Below, in pieces: positions 62,815 through 64,000 of a DNA stretch of 64,000 bases; positions within the stretch are counted from its first letter, which is position 1; every line of letters begins with the position of its first letter. Under the pieces are notes generated by a model. It saw only the letters and a program-made list of their open reading frames with translations. It did not search any database and had not been told where the DNA came from. Both the position numbers and the translations under genes were made by a program. The stretch is from Octopus bimaculoides (Eukaryota), in contig NC_068995.1 of assembly GCF_001194135.2 (NCBI RefSeq), positions 52,510,166 through 52,574,165 on the forward strand. The letters run 5' to 3'.

Positions 62815-63928
62815 GAGAGAGAGAGATATAGAGAGGGAGAGAGAGAGAGATATAGAGAGGGAGAGAAGTTCTATCAGCCTTGATCACAGAGAGATAATTA
62901 ATGTCTGCACATACCTAGAAAAGGTAAAAAAACACGTGTCTTCAATAAAAAATAGATTAGCTAAAATCTCCTAAACAGAAACACTTAGAATTTAGGAATT
63001 ATTATCTGGAATTAGTTCTCTCTTAATCTAATACTAATGTTCCACATGCAGTATTGCTAATTGATTAAGATGCAAGACCTCCTCATTCAATACACCTTTA
63101 TGATTTTCCGCTTGAGTGCTTCACCTGTACCTTATTCCAGATTATTCTTTACTTTCTTTTGAATGAGTTCTTGATTTTCATCGGAATCTTCGAAAAGCTA
63201 AAATTTGCAGAATCTCCTTGGTTGTAAATAATTAATGCTATTATGTTGTAAACAAATTACAATGGAAATTATGTATGCTTTTGTGTTGTAAACAAACTAT
63301 ATTGGAAGTATTTGGTTGCTGTGAACTTCGTAGTCGTGAAATTAGTAAAAATACTCAAACCAGCAACTAAATAGTGTTGTGAGTTGACATTTGTAAACAG
63401 CCAAATTCCACATTGTTGGCCTAACATTATTCAGATTAGTCAATCTAGTTTTAATTTGACCAAATTTTAACAAAAGACTTGCTTGTTCCTATTATATTGG
63501 GGATTTGGCTAAGTGTCAAGGCTAAAATTACAGGTAAGCCTGAGTGGGTTAAGTAAAGACATAAGGTAAACTTATGGGGATGTGTTCTTAGTAAGCATAC
63601 ATTTTAGCATTACTGTGAAAAAGTAGACACTATGGTTAATCCAGATGTTTTTTGTCCCTGTAGGTGAAAAGTAGACACTGTTGTTAATTTTCAAAGGATA
63701 TATATACCTCTATTTGTTTAGTGAGATTAAATTATATGTTTTTACAATTCTTTAAGCAATAACATTATTAATTTCTTAGAAAATTACTATTTGTAAATCT
63801 CACAACGAGAGATATTCAGCAACAGTACTTTGGAGTAAAGATTATTTGCCAACATAACATGGCAGTCCTGGTTTAGGACGAATGTTGCTGTAATTTAGCC
63901 CCAGGAGACATTGTCTTCAGCTGGCTAT

Positions 63929-64000
63929 ACGACACGATCTGTGTCCTCATATATATATATTTTTTTCTGTTCTAAAATATAAGGACACAGATCGTGTTGT
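63929..64000. repeat. Inverted repeat, 24-bp arms, runs off window end
   Basis: 63929-63952 vs 63977-64000, 22/24 complementary. Confidence 0.8.

Overview
AT-rich eukaryotic (animal) genomic DNA, very dense in microsatellites, with about 18 N-gaps that mostly abut microsatellites. The repeat landscape is consistent with an octopus/coleoid cephalopod short-read assembly (inference; I could not run a search). Only one convincing protein-coding exon is present. On the + strand it runs from an acceptor at 25222|25223, through a Kozak ATG at 25326, to a donor at 26114|26115. It encodes an acidic/Ser-rich N-terminus, one complete PDZ domain and the first third of a second PDZ domain; the next exon is not recognisable in the remaining ~38 kb. 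The rest is intronic/intergenic sequence packed with mobile DNA. This includes several tRNA-headed SINE families (my labels A, B, D, F) with interchangeable tails, RTE-like LINE relics, and two distinct R4/Dong-like retrotransposon 3' ends, each abutting or embedded in (TAA)n. It also includes a mariner transposase relic split by a SINE, mariner-, piggyBac- and hAT-type MITEs (the piggyBac and hAT ones with readable TSDs), and Penelope-like/fold-back segments, two of which carry degenerate hammerhead-ribozyme cores. Nearly all other ORFs in the track are microsatellite or N-gap artefacts. I found no CRISPR, rRNA or true tRNA genes and no clearly new multi-gene system. The best leads are the orphan PDZ exon, the TAA-associated R4 elements, the hammerhead-like motifs and the modular SINEs. 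Family labels are mine and boundaries of diverged repeats are approximate.
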